Assembly (NCBI GenBank): GCA_026005175.1
Contig: BPKO01000013.1
Span: forward strand, 7,430 to 71,429
DNA: 64,000 nucleotides
DNA from: Candidatus Tectimicrobiota bacterium
GTDB lineage: Bacteria > Tectomicrobia > Entotheonellia > Entotheonellales > Entotheonellaceae
Reading direction: 5' to 3'
A model generated the notes under the pieces. It saw only the letters and a program-made list of their open reading frames with translations, was not told the origin of the DNA and did no database searches. Each line of letters starts with the position of its first letter. Position 1 is the stretch's first letter. Below, one piece after another: positions 20,399 through 28,909 of the stretch. Made by a program: the position numbers and the translations under genes.

Positions 20399-21803
20399 CC
20401 GGCCAGCGCCGGTGCCAGGAGGTGTGCTGCTCGTACGCGTAGGCCAGGCGCAGTATCGTGGCCTCGTCGAAGGGGCGGCCGGCGAGCTGCAGCCCGATGG
20501 GCAGCCCCTCGTTGCTAAAGCCGCAGGGCAGGGAGAGGGCCGGCAGGCCGGTGAGGTTGAAGGGGCGGGTGAAGCGGGCCAAGTTGGCCGCCACCACCAC
20601 CTCGCTGCCGCCCAAGCGCACCACCGGCTCGTCGAGGCGCGGCGCCGGCAGCAGCGTCGTCGGCGTGGCCAGAGCGTCGACGCGCCGCAGCGCCTCGCCG
20701 ACTTCCTGGCACAGCAGGGCGCGAAAGCGCTGCGCTTTCAGGTAGTGCGCCCCCAGCACCGTGCTGCCCAGCGCCAGCCGCAGGCGCACGTCGGCGCCGT
20801 AGTCCTGCGGCCGCGTGCGCAGCCAGGCCTCGTGCACGGCGTAAGCCTCAGTGACCATGATGGCCAGGGAGGCGCCGGGCACATCGCGCATCAGGGGGAG
20901 GTCGAGGTCTACGCAGGTCACGCCCAGCTCGCGCAGCACCGCCAGGGCGGCCTCCACAGCACGAGCCACCTGCTCGTCGAGCTGCTCGAAAAAGAAGGGG
21001 CGCGGCACGCCCAGGCGCAGGCCGCGCACCTCGCCGCGCAAGGCCCCGGCATAGTCAGGGACCGGCAGGCGGCGGGTAGTGGGGTCGGCGGGGTCATGGC
21101 CGGCAATGGCTTGCAGCACCAGGGCGGCGTCGGTCACGCTGCGGGTGAGCGGCCCCGGGTGGTCAAGCGACCAGCAGAGGGGAAAGACACCGTGGCGGCT
21201 GACGCGCCCGTAAGTGGGCTTGAGGCCAACCACGCCGCACAGGGCAGCAGGAATGCGCACCGAGCCGCCGGTGTCGGTGCCCAGGGTGGCCATGGCCAGC
21301 CCGGCGCGGGTGGCCACCGCCGAGCCACCGCTTGAGCCCCCGGGAAGGCGCGTGGGGTCCCAGGGATTGCACGGCGTGCCGTAGTGGGGGTTGATGGACG
21401 TGGCACCCCAGGCGAATTCGTGCAGGTTGAGGGTGCCCAGCAGCACGGCCCCGGCGTCTTCGAGGCGCTGTACCACGGTGGCTTGCTGCTGCGCCACGTG
21501 CTGCGCCAGGATCTGCGAGCCGCAGGTCATGCGCACGCCGCGAATAGCAAAGAGATCTTTGACGGCCACGGGGATGCCGTGCAGGGGGCCGCGGTACTGG
21601 CCGCGGGCAATCTCCGCCTCGGCGCGCCGCGCCGCGGCCAGCGCCCGCTCGGGCAGCACGGTGAGGTAGGCCCGCAGGCGGTCGTTCTCCCGGGCGATGC
21701 GCTCCAGGTGCGCTTGTGTTACCTCCACCGGCGACACCTCGCGCCGCTGCAGCCGCGGCGCCAGCTCGGCAATGGTAAAGCGGGTGAGTTCCTCAGCCGC
21801 CAT
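20364..21803 (-). CDS. amidase-signature enzyme (AtzE/GatA-like)
   Basis: GIPVAVKDLF and GGSSGGSAVATRAGLAMATLGTDTGGSVRIPAALCGVVGLKPTYGRVSR. The preferred start is MAAEELTRF at 21803, which overlaps the stop of the upstream mini-ORF. Confidence 0.9.
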   Translation of the reverse strand: MAAEELTRFTIAELAPRLQRREVSPVEVTQAHLERIARENDRLRAYLTVLPERALAAARRAEAEIARGQYRGPLHGIPVAVKDLFAIRGVRMTCGSQILAQHVAQQQATVVQRLEDAGAVLLGTLNLHEFAWGATSINPHYGTPCNPWDPTRLPGGSSGGSAVATRAGLAMATLGTDTGGSVRIPAALCGVVGLKPTYGRVSRHGVFPLCWSLDHPGPLTRSVTDAALVLQAIAGHDPADPTTRRLPVPDYAGALRGEVRGLRLGVPRPFFFEQLDEQVARAVEAALAVLRELGVTCVDLDLPLMRDVPGASLAIMVTEAYAVHEAWLRTRPQDYGADVRLRLALGSTVLGAHYLKAQRFRALLCQEVGEALRRVDALATPTTLLPAPRLDEPVVRLGGSEVVVAANLARFTRPFNLTGLPALSLPCGFSNEGLPIGLQLAGRPFDEATILRLAYAYEQHTSWHRRWPATALGSRGGAA

Positions 21804-21999
21804 CGCCCTCTCCTGGCAGGCAGGCAAAGCGCAGCGCCGGCTCTACCGCGGCCAGGTCCAGCGCCTCGAGCCGGTGCAGCTCGGCCAGCAGGGCTGCCGC
21901 CTGCGGCACGAGTTCCGCCAGCTCGGCATCGCCAAAGGGCAGCCCGGCCAGGGCAGCCAGCTGCCGCAGGGTTTCCAGGGTGACGGGGGACTCGGCCAT
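21793..21999 (-). CDS. GatC/AtzG-like small subunit (~68 aa)
   Basis: MAESPVTLETLRQLAALAGLPFGDAELAELVPQAAALLAELHRLEALDLAAVEPA is a GatC-like pattern. SD AGAGGAG upstream. It overlaps the amidase start by 11 nt. Confidence 0.65.
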   Translation of the reverse strand: MAESPVTLETLRQLAALAGLPFGDAELAELVPQAAALLAELHRLEALDLAAVEPALRFACLPGEGDGG

Positions 22000-22054
22000 G
22001 AACGTCTCCTCTGTGGCAGGCATGCCGGCACATTGTACCACAGCCGCGGAGGCC

Positions 22055-22083
22055 TTGCCTCCGTCCAGGCCTTTTGCTATAAA
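22055..22083 (+). promoter_or_regulatory. candidate promoter TTGCCT-N17-TATAAA
   Basis: Read directly. It lies in the divergent gap between 21999 and 22122. Confidence 0.35.
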
Positions 22084-22121
22084 GAGCCCGGACCGCGCAA
22101 CGCCTTACGGGAGATCCCGCC

Positions 22122-23675
22122 ATGACCCGCCCCGATGCCGTGCACCTGCGCCAAATGGACGACTATATCCTCGACGGCAAGTACCACGAGGCCACCGAGC
22201 TCTTCTGCCAGCTGGCCACCGCCGGCCACCCCGTGCCCGACTTGGTGGTGCACGTGATGGAAACCGCCGCCCCTTACCTGCACGTGCCGGCGCACCAGAA
22301 GCTGCTGCCCAACGGCGAGTTTCGCAACGTCAACTACGACCATACCATTCTCGGCATTCGGGCCGGCATGCGCCTCATGCCTTACCTGTCGGACAAAGAG
22401 AAGTACCTGACCCTCGTCCAGGCCGTTTACTACGTGCCGCAGGGGCTCGACATCTGGTCGCAGCTCGACTGCGGGTTTCCCGGCCACTATTCGCGCGAGC
22501 AGGAGCGTTGCCCCGAAGACCAGATCCGCAAGGAGCTGCACTGCTACTTCGAGGATCAGGAGCCGCTGGTGGAGGGCTCGGTAGAAGAGCGCTTCCAGCG
22601 CCTGCTGTACGCCCTTACCCACGGCGACCGGGTGACCGGCTACCGCCTCTTCCTGGGGCTGGCGCAGCTGCCCGAGGTGCGCCGGCGCCTGGAGGACACC
22701 TTGCTCTTTGCCGCCATCATCGACCAGCAGGAGTTCAACTCCTTCCGCCGCGTGCGCCACATCGGCCACAAGGCCATCCGCATCCGCTCCATGTTCGATA
22801 TTGCCCACTGGCTGGGCTGGGAGCGGGCCCACAGCTTTTTCTACGTCGGCGTGCCTGACTTGGCCACGCTGCCCATTTTTCACTCGCTCTATGACCACGC
22901 CAGCGTGGTGCTGGGCATGACGTTCAAGGGCGAGCAGTATACGCTGCACACCCGCAACACGGCGCTGCTCGACCCCCAGCGGCAAGAGCGCTTCATCGGC
23001 CGCATCCTGGAAGGCGACCCCCTGGCGGTGAGCGAGGAGATCACCGCCTTGCTGCAGCAGGGCTACGCCCTGCGCAGCATCGCCGACACGGTGATGCTGG
23101 CCCACGCCCGCCACTGCGTGGAGAAGCTGCGCGCCCCTATTGCCTATACCGTGCCCACGCACAGTTTTGATTACTGCAACGTCATCAACCACTGGCTGCG
23201 GGCGTTTCGCAACCCCCACCAGGCCAAGGCGGTCTACCTGGGGGCCTGGTTCGTCACCGACACCATCCGCGAAGTGGACTGGTATCCTGACGTGCCCGAG
23301 GTGGAAAAGCCCGACCCGGCGCCGTTTCGCCGCTGGGCCGACGGCCTGGCGCGGCGCCAGGTGCTGGCCGCGCTGGAGGAAGCCATCGCCGCCCAGGACG
23401 CCTCGCGCGCCATGGCCCTGGTGCAGTCATACGTGGAGCGCACCGCCGAGCGCGACGAGCTCATACGCCTGCTGGTGCACTGCGCCGGCAAGTTCCAGGG
23501 CGACGCCCACATCTTCCGCAATGCCCGCTCGATGATCGAGGAGTACACGGCGAGCACGTGCAGCGAGGCGCAGAAGAACGTCTTCTTTGTGGCCTGGGCC
23601 AAGTTCCTGGCGTTTTACAAAAAGCGCACCCTGTCGACAGCCTGCTATGACCTCTACCATCGCTACTTTGTCTGA
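22122..23675 (+). CDS. conserved hypothetical protein (517 aa), paralog of 14126..15730
   Basis: Full-length ORF with SD GGGAGA. It is collinear with the 14126 protein (blocks listed there). Confidence 0.75.
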   Translation: MTRPDAVHLRQMDDYILDGKYHEATELFCQLATAGHPVPDLVVHVMETAAPYLHVPAHQKLLPNGEFRNVNYDHTILGIRAGMRLMPYLSDKEKYLTLVQAVYYVPQGLDIWSQLDCGFPGHYSREQERCPEDQIRKELHCYFEDQEPLVEGSVEERFQRLLYALTHGDRVTGYRLFLGLAQLPEVRRRLEDTLLFAAIIDQQEFNSFRRVRHIGHKAIRIRSMFDIAHWLGWERAHSFFYVGVPDLATLPIFHSLYDHASVVLGMTFKGEQYTLHTRNTALLDPQRQERFIGRILEGDPLAVSEEITALLQQGYALRSIADTVMLAHARHCVEKLRAPIAYTVPTHSFDYCNVINHWLRAFRNPHQAKAVYLGAWFVTDTIREVDWYPDVPEVEKPDPAPFRRWADGLARRQVLAALEEAIAAQDASRAMALVQSYVERTAERDELIRLLVHCAGKFQGDAHIFRNARSMIEEYTASTCSEAQKNVFFVAWAKFLAFYKKRTLSTACYDLYHRYFV

Positions 23676-23699
23676 GCTCGCCACACGGAGGAGGCCATC

Positions 23700-25295
23700 A
23701 TGTTCTTGCCCCTGACGCCGCTGCACTTCTTGCAGCGTGCCGCGCGGCTCTTCCCCACCAAAACGGCGGTGGTGGACGGCGCGCGGCGCTACACGTACGC
23801 CACCTTGCAAGAGCGCGTCCACCGCCTGGCCAACGCCCTGCGCCAGCTGGGGGTGGGCAAAGGGGACAAAGTGGCCGTGCTCTCTCCCAACAGCCACCGC
23901 ATGCTGGAGAGCTTCTTTGCGGTGCCCCAGCTCGGCGCCGTGCTCACCCCCCTCAACTACCGCCTCACCACCCCGGAGTTTGCTTACATTCTGGAGCACT
24001 CCGAGAGCAAGGTGGTGCTCGTCGACTGGGAGTACGCCCACCAGCTGGCGCCGCTCACGTCCCGGCTGGCCGGGGTGCAACACTACGTCTTGCTGCGCGA
24101 CGAAGAACCCCCTACGGCGCCGCTGCCGGCTGAGGACTACGAGGCGCTGCTGGCTGCCGCCAGCCCCGAGCCGCCGCCGCCGGTCGAGCTTGCCGAAACC
24201 GACATTGCCACCCTCAACTACACCAGCGGCACCACGGCGCAGCCCAAAGGGGTGATGCTCAGCCACCGCGCCTGCGTCATCAACGCCATCAACTACATCG
24301 TGGCGCTTCACGTGCGCCCCACCGACGTCTACCTGCACACCCTGCCCATGTTCCACGCCAACGGCTGGGGCGGCATCTGGGCCCTGGCTGGCCTGGGCGG
24401 CACGCAGGTGTGCCTGCGCAAGGTGGAGGCGCAGGCGGTCTTCGAGCTCATGGAGCGCGAAGGGGTAACCCTGGCCTGCGCCGCGCCCACGGTGCTGGTG
24501 ACCCTGGCCAGCTATGAGAAGGCGCGAGACTACCGCCTGGCGCCGGGCCTGCGCATCGGCACCGGCGGCGCGCCGCCGGCCGCCGCGGTGCTGCGCAACA
24601 TGGAGGCGCTGGGCATCGAGGTCATCCACCTCTACGGCCTCACCGAGACCGGCCCCTTCCTCACGTCTTGCGAGTGGCAGCCGGCCTGGGAGGCCCTGGC
24701 GGTGGAAGAGCGCTACCGCCGCAAGGCCCGCCAGGGCATCGCCCAGCTGCTCACCGACGTGCGCGTCGTCGACGCGCAGGGGCGCGAGGTGGCCTGGGAC
24801 GGCAAGACCGTCGGCGAAATCGTCGCCCGCGGCAACAACGTCATGGAGGGCTACTACAAGCAGCCCGAGGAAACCGCAAAGGTGCTGCGCGGCGGCTGGC
24901 TGCACACCGGCGACCTGGCGGTGGTGCACCCCGACGGCTACATCGAGGTGGTGGACCGCGCCAAGGACGTGATCATCAGCGGCGGCGAGAACATCTCTTC
25001 GGTGGAAGTGGAGGCCACCCTCTACGACCACCCGGCGGTGCTGGAAGCGGCGGTGGTGGGGGTGCCCGACGCCAAGTGGGGCGAGGTGCCCAAGGCCATC
25101 GTGGTGCTCAAGCCCGGGCAGCAGGCCACGGAGGAAGAGCTCATCGCGTTCTGCCGGGCCCGCATGGCCCACTTCAAAGCCCCCAAGTCGGTGGAGTTCG
25201 TCGCCAGCCTGCCCAAGACGGCCACCGGCAAGATCCAGAAGTTCGCCCTGCGCGAGCGCTACTGGCAAGGCTACGACAAGCGCGTGCAGGGCTAG
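23700..25295 (+). CDS. AMP-dependent acyl-CoA synthetase/ligase
   Basis: LNYTSGTTAQPKGVMLSH, YGLTETG, GWLHTGDLA and PKTATGKIQK. SD GGAGGAGG. Confidence 0.92.
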   Translation: MFLPLTPLHFLQRAARLFPTKTAVVDGARRYTYATLQERVHRLANALRQLGVGKGDKVAVLSPNSHRMLESFFAVPQLGAVLTPLNYRLTTPEFAYILEHSESKVVLVDWEYAHQLAPLTSRLAGVQHYVLLRDEEPPTAPLPAEDYEALLAAASPEPPPPVELAETDIATLNYTSGTTAQPKGVMLSHRACVINAINYIVALHVRPTDVYLHTLPMFHANGWGGIWALAGLGGTQVCLRKVEAQAVFELMEREGVTLACAAPTVLVTLASYEKARDYRLAPGLRIGTGGAPPAAAVLRNMEALGIEVIHLYGLTETGPFLTSCEWQPAWEALAVEERYRRKARQGIAQLLTDVRVVDAQGREVAWDGKTVGEIVARGNNVMEGYYKQPEETAKVLRGGWLHTGDLAVVHPDGYIEVVDRAKDVIISGGENISSVEVEATLYDHPAVLEAAVVGVPDAKWGEVPKAIVVLKPGQQATEEELIAFCRARMAHFKAPKSVEFVASLPKTATGKIQKFALRERYWQGYDKRVQG

Positions 25296-25765
25296 CGCTG
25301 CACGCGCACCACCACCGTGGTGCCTGCCGGCACCTGTACCACGCGCTCGTAAGCCCGGCCGTTGACTTGCAGGCGCACCACGTGCCGCCCTGGCGCGACC
25401 GCCAGGCGCAGCGGGCCGTGGTGTGGCAAGGGGCCCACAGAAGCCCCGTCCACGTAAAGGGCGTCGAGGGGAAAAAACAGCTCGAGGTGCAGCACCGCCC
25501 GCGGGTGCCGGTGCACGATGTGGTGCACGTGCCACCGCGGGACGTAGACGTGCTTTTCTACCACCACCACACAGCGGGGGTGGTGCCTGTGAACGAAATG
25601 GCGGTGCGGCGGTGCCCCCAACCAGACGTCGAGGTGGAGCCCGTGGTGGTGCGCATGCCCATGGGGGCTGCGGTGCCAGGCCACGGCCGGCTGCGGTCCT
25701 AAGAGCCCAATTCCCAAAATCGCCCCGGCCAGCAGGACGAGGAACCCTTTCGCGCGCTTGCTCAT
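25292..25765 (-). CDS. exported histidine-rich protein with PEGA-like C-terminal domain
   Basis: Signal-like MSKRAKGFLVLLAGAILGIGLL...AVA. Then a dense His tract (WHRSPHGHAHHHGLH...HRHFVHRHHP...WHVHHIVHRHP). The C-terminus LYVDGASVGPLP...GRHVVRLQVNGRAYERVVQVPAG looks like a PEGA beta domain. Confidence 0.7.
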   Translation of the reverse strand: MSKRAKGFLVLLAGAILGIGLLGPQPAVAWHRSPHGHAHHHGLHLDVWLGAPPHRHFVHRHHPRCVVVVEKHVYVPRWHVHHIVHRHPRAVLHLELFFPLDALYVDGASVGPLPHHGPLRLAVAPGRHVVRLQVNGRAYERVVQVPAGTTVVVRVQR

Positions 25766-25881
25766 ACCGGACTCCTTCTCCTAACGCACAGGGCTTTTGC
25801 CAGGGGAGTTCCCTCACGGACGCCTGGCTGCCGCGCGCCCGGGACGAAAAATTTTTTCGCTTTTGGTTACCAGGGGTTGCC

Positions 25882-25910
25882 GGAACTTGCCGGGGGCGAC
25901 GCGACACATT
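25882..25910 (+). promoter_or_regulatory. possible ECF-type promoter (GGAACTT -35)
   Basis: GGAACTT at 25882-25888. CGAC/CACAT elements follow 15-17 nt downstream, about 30 nt before ATG 25937. The -10 match is weak. Confidence 0.3.
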
Positions 25911-25936
25911 TGGCCCGCTCGGGGAACTACCTCACG

Positions 25937-26506
25937 ATGAACTGGGACCGGCTGCGCCCCGCTGACCAGAGCGTGCACGAGGCCATTGCCGCCGGCGACT
26001 ACCGGCGCGCCCTGGAGGCGCTGGTGGCGGGGTACCAGCACCCGGTGGTGGGCTTCTGCACGCACATGCTGGGCGATGCCGCGCTGGGGGAGGACGTGGC
26101 GCAGGACGTCTTCCTGGCTGCCTATGCGGCCATGCCCGGCTTTCACCGCCACGCCTCGGTGCGCACCTGGCTGTTTGCCATTGCCCGCAAGCGCTGCTTG
26201 CAGGTGCTGCGCAACCGCCGCCGCCAGGCCCGCCTCGCCCGGCTCAAGCAACACTGGCTGGCCGCCGGGGCCCATCGCCAGCCGCCGCCTTCCCCGGAGG
26301 CAGAAGCGGACAGCGCGGTGCAGCGCGTGCAGGCGGGGCTGCAGCGGCTCCCCGAGGCGGAGCGCGCTTTGCTGCTGATGCGCTACGAGCTGGGCTTGCC
26401 CCTGACCGAAGTGGCCCACATCCTGGGGACCTCGGTGAGCAGCGTGCGCCGGCGGCTGGCGCGGGCCCTGAGGCGGCTGCAGGAGGCGATGGCAGATGAC
26501 GCCTGA
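25937..26506 (+). CDS. ECF-family RNA polymerase sigma factor
   Basis: Region 2 DVAQDVFLAAY...RTWLFAIARKRCL and region 4 LPEAERALLLMRYELGLPLTEVAHILGTSVSSVRRRLARA. ATG 25937 is preferred over the ORF-track start at 25877. Confidence 0.88.
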   Translation: MNWDRLRPADQSVHEAIAAGDYRRALEALVAGYQHPVVGFCTHMLGDAALGEDVAQDVFLAAYAAMPGFHRHASVRTWLFAIARKRCLQVLRNRRRQARLARLKQHWLAAGAHRQPPPSPEAEADSAVQRVQAGLQRLPEAERALLLMRYELGLPLTEVAHILGTSVSSVRRRLARALRRLQEAMADDA

Positions 26507-27227
26507 GGAACTGGCGCGCCGCGAAGCGGCAGCACACGCGCAGGTGGCGGCGCTGCGTGCCCTGGCAGAAACAGAGCGCGCCACCCCGGGCTTTGCCGCG
26601 CGGGTGCTGGCTGCTGCCGGGGGCGTGCGCCCGCGCCGCGCTGCGGCCCTCCCCGTGCCGGCAGGGCTCCTGGTGCTGCTGGGGCTGGCCCTCCTTGGCG
26701 CCGTGCCGCAGTACCTGGCCTGGTTCCAGGCGCTGCGCCTGAAGGTGCCGCCGGCGGCGGTGGCCGTGGCGCGCCTGCAAGAGCAGCTGTGGCAGCGCAA
26801 TTTTGCCTGTGCCGGGCAGCTCGACGCGCGCTCGGGCAACTACGCGGCGCTGACCACCGAGGCGGTGGTGGTGGTGGTGTGGGCCTGCCCCTCGGGCGAC
26901 GTCCTGCTCACCGTGGAGTCGCCCGCGGGGGCCTTTCCGCGGCGCAGCCTGTGGATTGCCCACGACGATCCGCTGCTGCGGCAGGGACTGGCCACCCTCT
27001 GGCCGCGCCTGCTGCCGGTGGCGCAGGCGGCGGAAAAGCCCCGGCGCCCGGCGCCCATGGTGCGCGTGCTCTGCCAGCGGTGGCTGCCGCGGCGCCTGGT
27101 CTGGCGGCACGTGCAGCTGGCCGACGGCCGCTGCCAGGAGGAAGTGGTCAATCCGCGCACCGGCCGCGTGGTGCAGCGCCGGCTGGCGCCCTGCGCCCTT
27201 GCCTGCGGCCCCCCGGGCCGGCCCTGA
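26496..27227 (+). CDS. putative anti-sigma factor (single TM, Cys-rich outer domain)
   Basis: It overlaps the sigma gene by 11 nt. It has a short cytoplasmic N-terminus, one TM helix (LLVLLGLALLGAV) and a C-terminal domain with several Cys. No ZAS motif is present. Confidence 0.55.
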   Translation: MTPEELARREAAAHAQVAALRALAETERATPGFAARVLAAAGGVRPRRAAALPVPAGLLVLLGLALLGAVPQYLAWFQALRLKVPPAAVAVARLQEQLWQRNFACAGQLDARSGNYAALTTEAVVVVVWACPSGDVLLTVESPAGAFPRRSLWIAHDDPLLRQGLATLWPRLLPVAQAAEKPRRPAPMVRVLCQRWLPRRLVWRHVQLADGRCQEEVVNPRTGRVVQRRLAPCALACGPPGRP

Positions 27228-27370
27228 ACCCGCTTGCACCCGCCGGTGGCTTGCGGTACAACTCTTCTTGCCTCAGGCCGCTTCTTGCCCCTCCTGCCTC
27301 CCGGTATTCCCCGTAGCGGCCGCCGCGGCTCTGGGGTGTGTCGTCCCCGTCTTGGGCAAAGGAGTGCGGC

Positions 27371-28870
27371 ATGCGCGTCCTCTTCGTGCACCCCAGCTGC
27401 TTGCTTTACTCCGAGCTCTACCTGCGGCTTGAGCCCTTGGGGCTAGAGCGCGTGGCCCAGGCGGCGCGCGCCGCCGGCCACCAGGTGCGGCTGCTCGACC
27501 TGCAGGTGGCCCGCCACCGCGACTTTTTCCGCGCCCTGGAGACTTTCCGGCCTCAGGCCATCGGCTTTTCCCTCAACTACCTGGCCAACGTGCCGGAAGT
27601 GCTCGACCTGGCGCAGGCGAGCAAGGCCCGCCTGCCCGAGTGCTTCGTCTTTATCGGCGGCCACAGCGCCTCCTTCATCGCCCCCGAGCTGCTGCAGCAC
27701 GCGCCGCAGGCCGTCGACTGCGTGGTGCGCGGCGAAGGGGAGCCGGTGATCGCGCCCTTGCTTGCCGCCTGGCCCGAGGGTCCCCTGGAGCACTTGCCCG
27801 GCGTCGTTACCCGCCACGGCATGGGCCCGCCGCCGCCGCTGCTCGAGCGCCTCGACGCCTACCTGCCGGCGCGCGACTTGACACGCCGGCGCCGCAAGTA
27901 CTTCATCGGCCAGCTCGACCCCTGCGCCTCGGTGGAGTTTTCCCGCGGCTGCCCCTGGGACTGCGCTTTCTGCAGCGCCTGGACGTTTTACGGCCGCGCC
28001 TACCGCCAGCTCTCCCCGGAAGCCGCCGCCGAAGACCTGGCCCGCCTGCGCGAGCCCAACGTCTTTATCGTCGACGACGTGGCCTTCGTCCATCCCGAGC
28101 ACGGGCTGGCCATTGGCCGCGAAGTGGAAAAGCGGCGCATCCGCAAGCAGTACTACCTGGAGACGCGCTGCGACGTGCTGCTGCGCCACCGCGAGGTCTT
28201 TGCTTATTGGCGGCGCCTGGGCCTCAAGTACCTCTTTTTGGGCCTGGAAGCCCTCGACGAGGAAGGGCTGCGGCTGCACCGCAAGCGCGTCACCCCGGGC
28301 GAGAATTTCAAAGCCTTGGAGGTGGCCCGGCAGCTGGGCATCGCGGTGGCCGTCAACCTCATCGCCGACCCCGACTGGGACGAGCGCCGCTTTGAGATCG
28401 TGCGCGAGTGGGCCACCAGCGTGCCGGAAATCGTCCACCTTACCGTCAACACCCCTTACCCCGGCACCGAGACCTGGTACACGGAAGCGCGCCAGCTGAC
28501 CACTTACGACTACCGCCTCTTCGACGTGCAGCATGCCGTGCTGCCCACCCGCCTCCCCCTGCAGCGCTTTTACGAGGAGCTGGTCAAGACGCAGGCGGTG
28601 CTCAACCGCAAGCACCTGGGCTTTGCTGCGCTGCGCCGCGTGGGCACCACGGCGCTCTCCTTGCTGCTGCGCGGCCAGACCAACTTCCTGCGCATGCTCT
28701 GGAAGTTCCCGCGCGTCTACAACGCGCAGCGCCAGTACGCCGACCACTTCCGCCCGGTGCGCTACGCCCTCTCGCCACCGCCGGCCACCCGCCCGGCGGC
28801 CACCGCCCTCTACGTGCACCTGCCGGCCACGGTGCAGCGCCGCGCCGCGCGCCAGGGATCCCAGGGCTGA
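27371..28870 (+). CDS. B12-binding radical SAM enzyme, HpnR (hopanoid C-3 methylase)-like
   Basis: N-terminal B12-binding-type MRVLFVHPSCLLYSELYLRLEPLGLERVA...FIGGHSASF. Radical SAM cluster motif SRGCPWDCAFCS. The length and N-terminal signature recall the HpnR family. SD AAAGGAG. Confidence 0.6.
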   Translation: MRVLFVHPSCLLYSELYLRLEPLGLERVAQAARAAGHQVRLLDLQVARHRDFFRALETFRPQAIGFSLNYLANVPEVLDLAQASKARLPECFVFIGGHSASFIAPELLQHAPQAVDCVVRGEGEPVIAPLLAAWPEGPLEHLPGVVTRHGMGPPPPLLERLDAYLPARDLTRRRRKYFIGQLDPCASVEFSRGCPWDCAFCSAWTFYGRAYRQLSPEAAAEDLARLREPNVFIVDDVAFVHPEHGLAIGREVEKRRIRKQYYLETRCDVLLRHREVFAYWRRLGLKYLFLGLEALDEEGLRLHRKRVTPGENFKALEVARQLGIAVAVNLIADPDWDERRFEIVREWATSVPEIVHLTVNTPYPGTETWYTEARQLTTYDYRLFDVQHAVLPTRLPLQRFYEELVKTQAVLNRKHLGFAALRRVGTTALSLLLRGQTNFLRMLWKFPRVYNAQRQYADHFRPVRYALSPPPATRPAATALYVHLPATVQRRAARQGSQG

Positions 28871-28880
28871 GGCCACCGTC

Positions 28881-28909
28881 TTGCCCGCTGTGACCCGGTG
28901 TGCTATATA
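28881..28909 (+). promoter_or_regulatory. candidate promoter TTGCCC-N17-TATATA upstream of amt
   Basis: Read directly in the 96 nt gap before GTG 28967. Confidence 0.35.
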
